Below are positions 62,899 through 64,000 of a stretch of 64,000 nt of DNA, piece after piece. A program made the translations under genes and the position numbers. The notes below the pieces were generated by a model. The model was not told where the DNA came from, searched no databases, and was given only the letters and a program-made list of their open reading frames with translations. This DNA comes from the human T2T-CHM13v2.0 reference genome, Homo sapiens, in assembly GCF_009914755.1 (NCBI RefSeq), contig NC_060930.1; one strand, given 5' to 3'. Position 1 is the first letter of the stretch; every line of letters starts with the position of its first letter.

Positions 62899-63399
62899 AA
62901 AGCACTGCATGGTCGATGAGAAAGGTATAGTGGGAAGAGTGTAGGGGGCTGTGGGGTGAGGGGAGGGCTTCCTTTTTTGGTGGGAGCCACTAGAGCACAT
63001 TTGTACCCTGCTGGGAATGAGCCACCCAGGAGAGAGGGAGAGATGAGTGCTGTGGGCACTGGGATGAAGGAAGGGACACAATCCTCAGGGAGGGAGAGAG
63101 AGCAAATGGCTGGGGTGAAGGAAACAGGGACTTTGGAAGAAGATGATGGGAAAATGTTGGCACCCTGGAAAATATCGTGAGGCAGTTCTTTTCGGTTGAC
63201 TCTATTTCTCAGGAAAGTATGAGGCAAGACAGATTGCTGAGATGAAGGAGGTAGAGGGAAATAGGAAATGTGAGGAAAGAAGAAAAGGTTCACATCATCA
63301 TTCTAAAGGAAACGAGCTTAACTGTAAAACTTCTGAGATTAAAAGGCAGTTACATTTTGAGATCCTGGGGGTAAAATGAGTAGATGTCATAACACCAAC

Positions 63400-64000
63400 T
63401 GTGGTCTTGAAATTCCTTTTTCCACCAAAAAGAATCAAGACTTCTTGTAAAAATGGTCGATTTCATGTCTAGAGAAAAAAAAATGCACAAGATGAGGTTG
63501 ATACTGCTATACCAGAAGGCAAGGAAACCATCAAAGGCCATTGGGTCATGTCAGAAGGACCCAGGAGCCACCTCAAAGAGGCTCCCACTGGCCAAAGAGG
63601 GAACATGTGAGCATCAGTCAGAATAGTAATGGCGATGGACTGAAACACATCAAATATGTTTAAACTCTGAGTTCAGAAAGACAGGAAAACAACTCATTAT
63701 TCTGAACACCAGGAAACAGAGGAAAAGAGTCCTATTCTACCTGCTTTATTTTTGTTTGTGTCACCATTGGGTAAACAAGTAGCAGAAGAGAATTTTTCCA
63801 TTTATAGAAGAATTTTAGCTACTGAATGAAGAAGGAATGACAGAATTGGAACATAACCATTTCACAAGGATTAAGGCATTGATGATTAATGGCTGCTATA
63901 TCACAAAGAGAAAATCAGACACAGGCTTCCTGGTGGAGGAACACACCACCACCCATGAAACGGAATCTAATGAAGCTTCTAGATCCAGCCACCGAGCTAC
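63400..64000 (+). mobile_element. L1MC-like 3' UTR fragment
   Basis: cccactggccaaaga, aactcattatt..gaa motifs similar to 27170-27490. Confidence 0.5.

Overview
Primate (human-like) genomic DNA. Positions ~1-36.7 kb are the 3' two-thirds of SNX9 (sorting nexin 9) on the + strand. Eleven GT-AG coding exons (1876-35059) splice in frame to 1083 nt, i.e. 360 aa plus stop, covering the PX and BAR domains; a 3' UTR with several poly(A) signals follows. The rest (~37-64 kb) is repeat-dense, apparently intergenic sequence. From recalled annotation this is human 6q25.3 with SYNJ2 further downstream; that cannot be verified here. Features missed by the ORF track include an HSPE1 (Hsp10) processed pseudogene with target-site duplications nested in an L1 3' end, a decayed U6 snRNA copy fused to an old L1 3' segment, and an ERV1 relic (MER67-like LTR + Arg-tRNA-like PBS + leader). 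There are about 31 Alus, old L1s, MaLR LTRs and hAT/Tigger DNA transposon relics. The ORFs of the track that do not overlap SNX9 exons or L1 ORF2 look spurious, many Alu- or L1-derived. I see no evidence for a wholly new biological system; the best leads are retrocopies and candidate RNA-processing elements. Exon numbers and repeat subfamily names come from recalled knowledge, and repeat boundaries are approximate.
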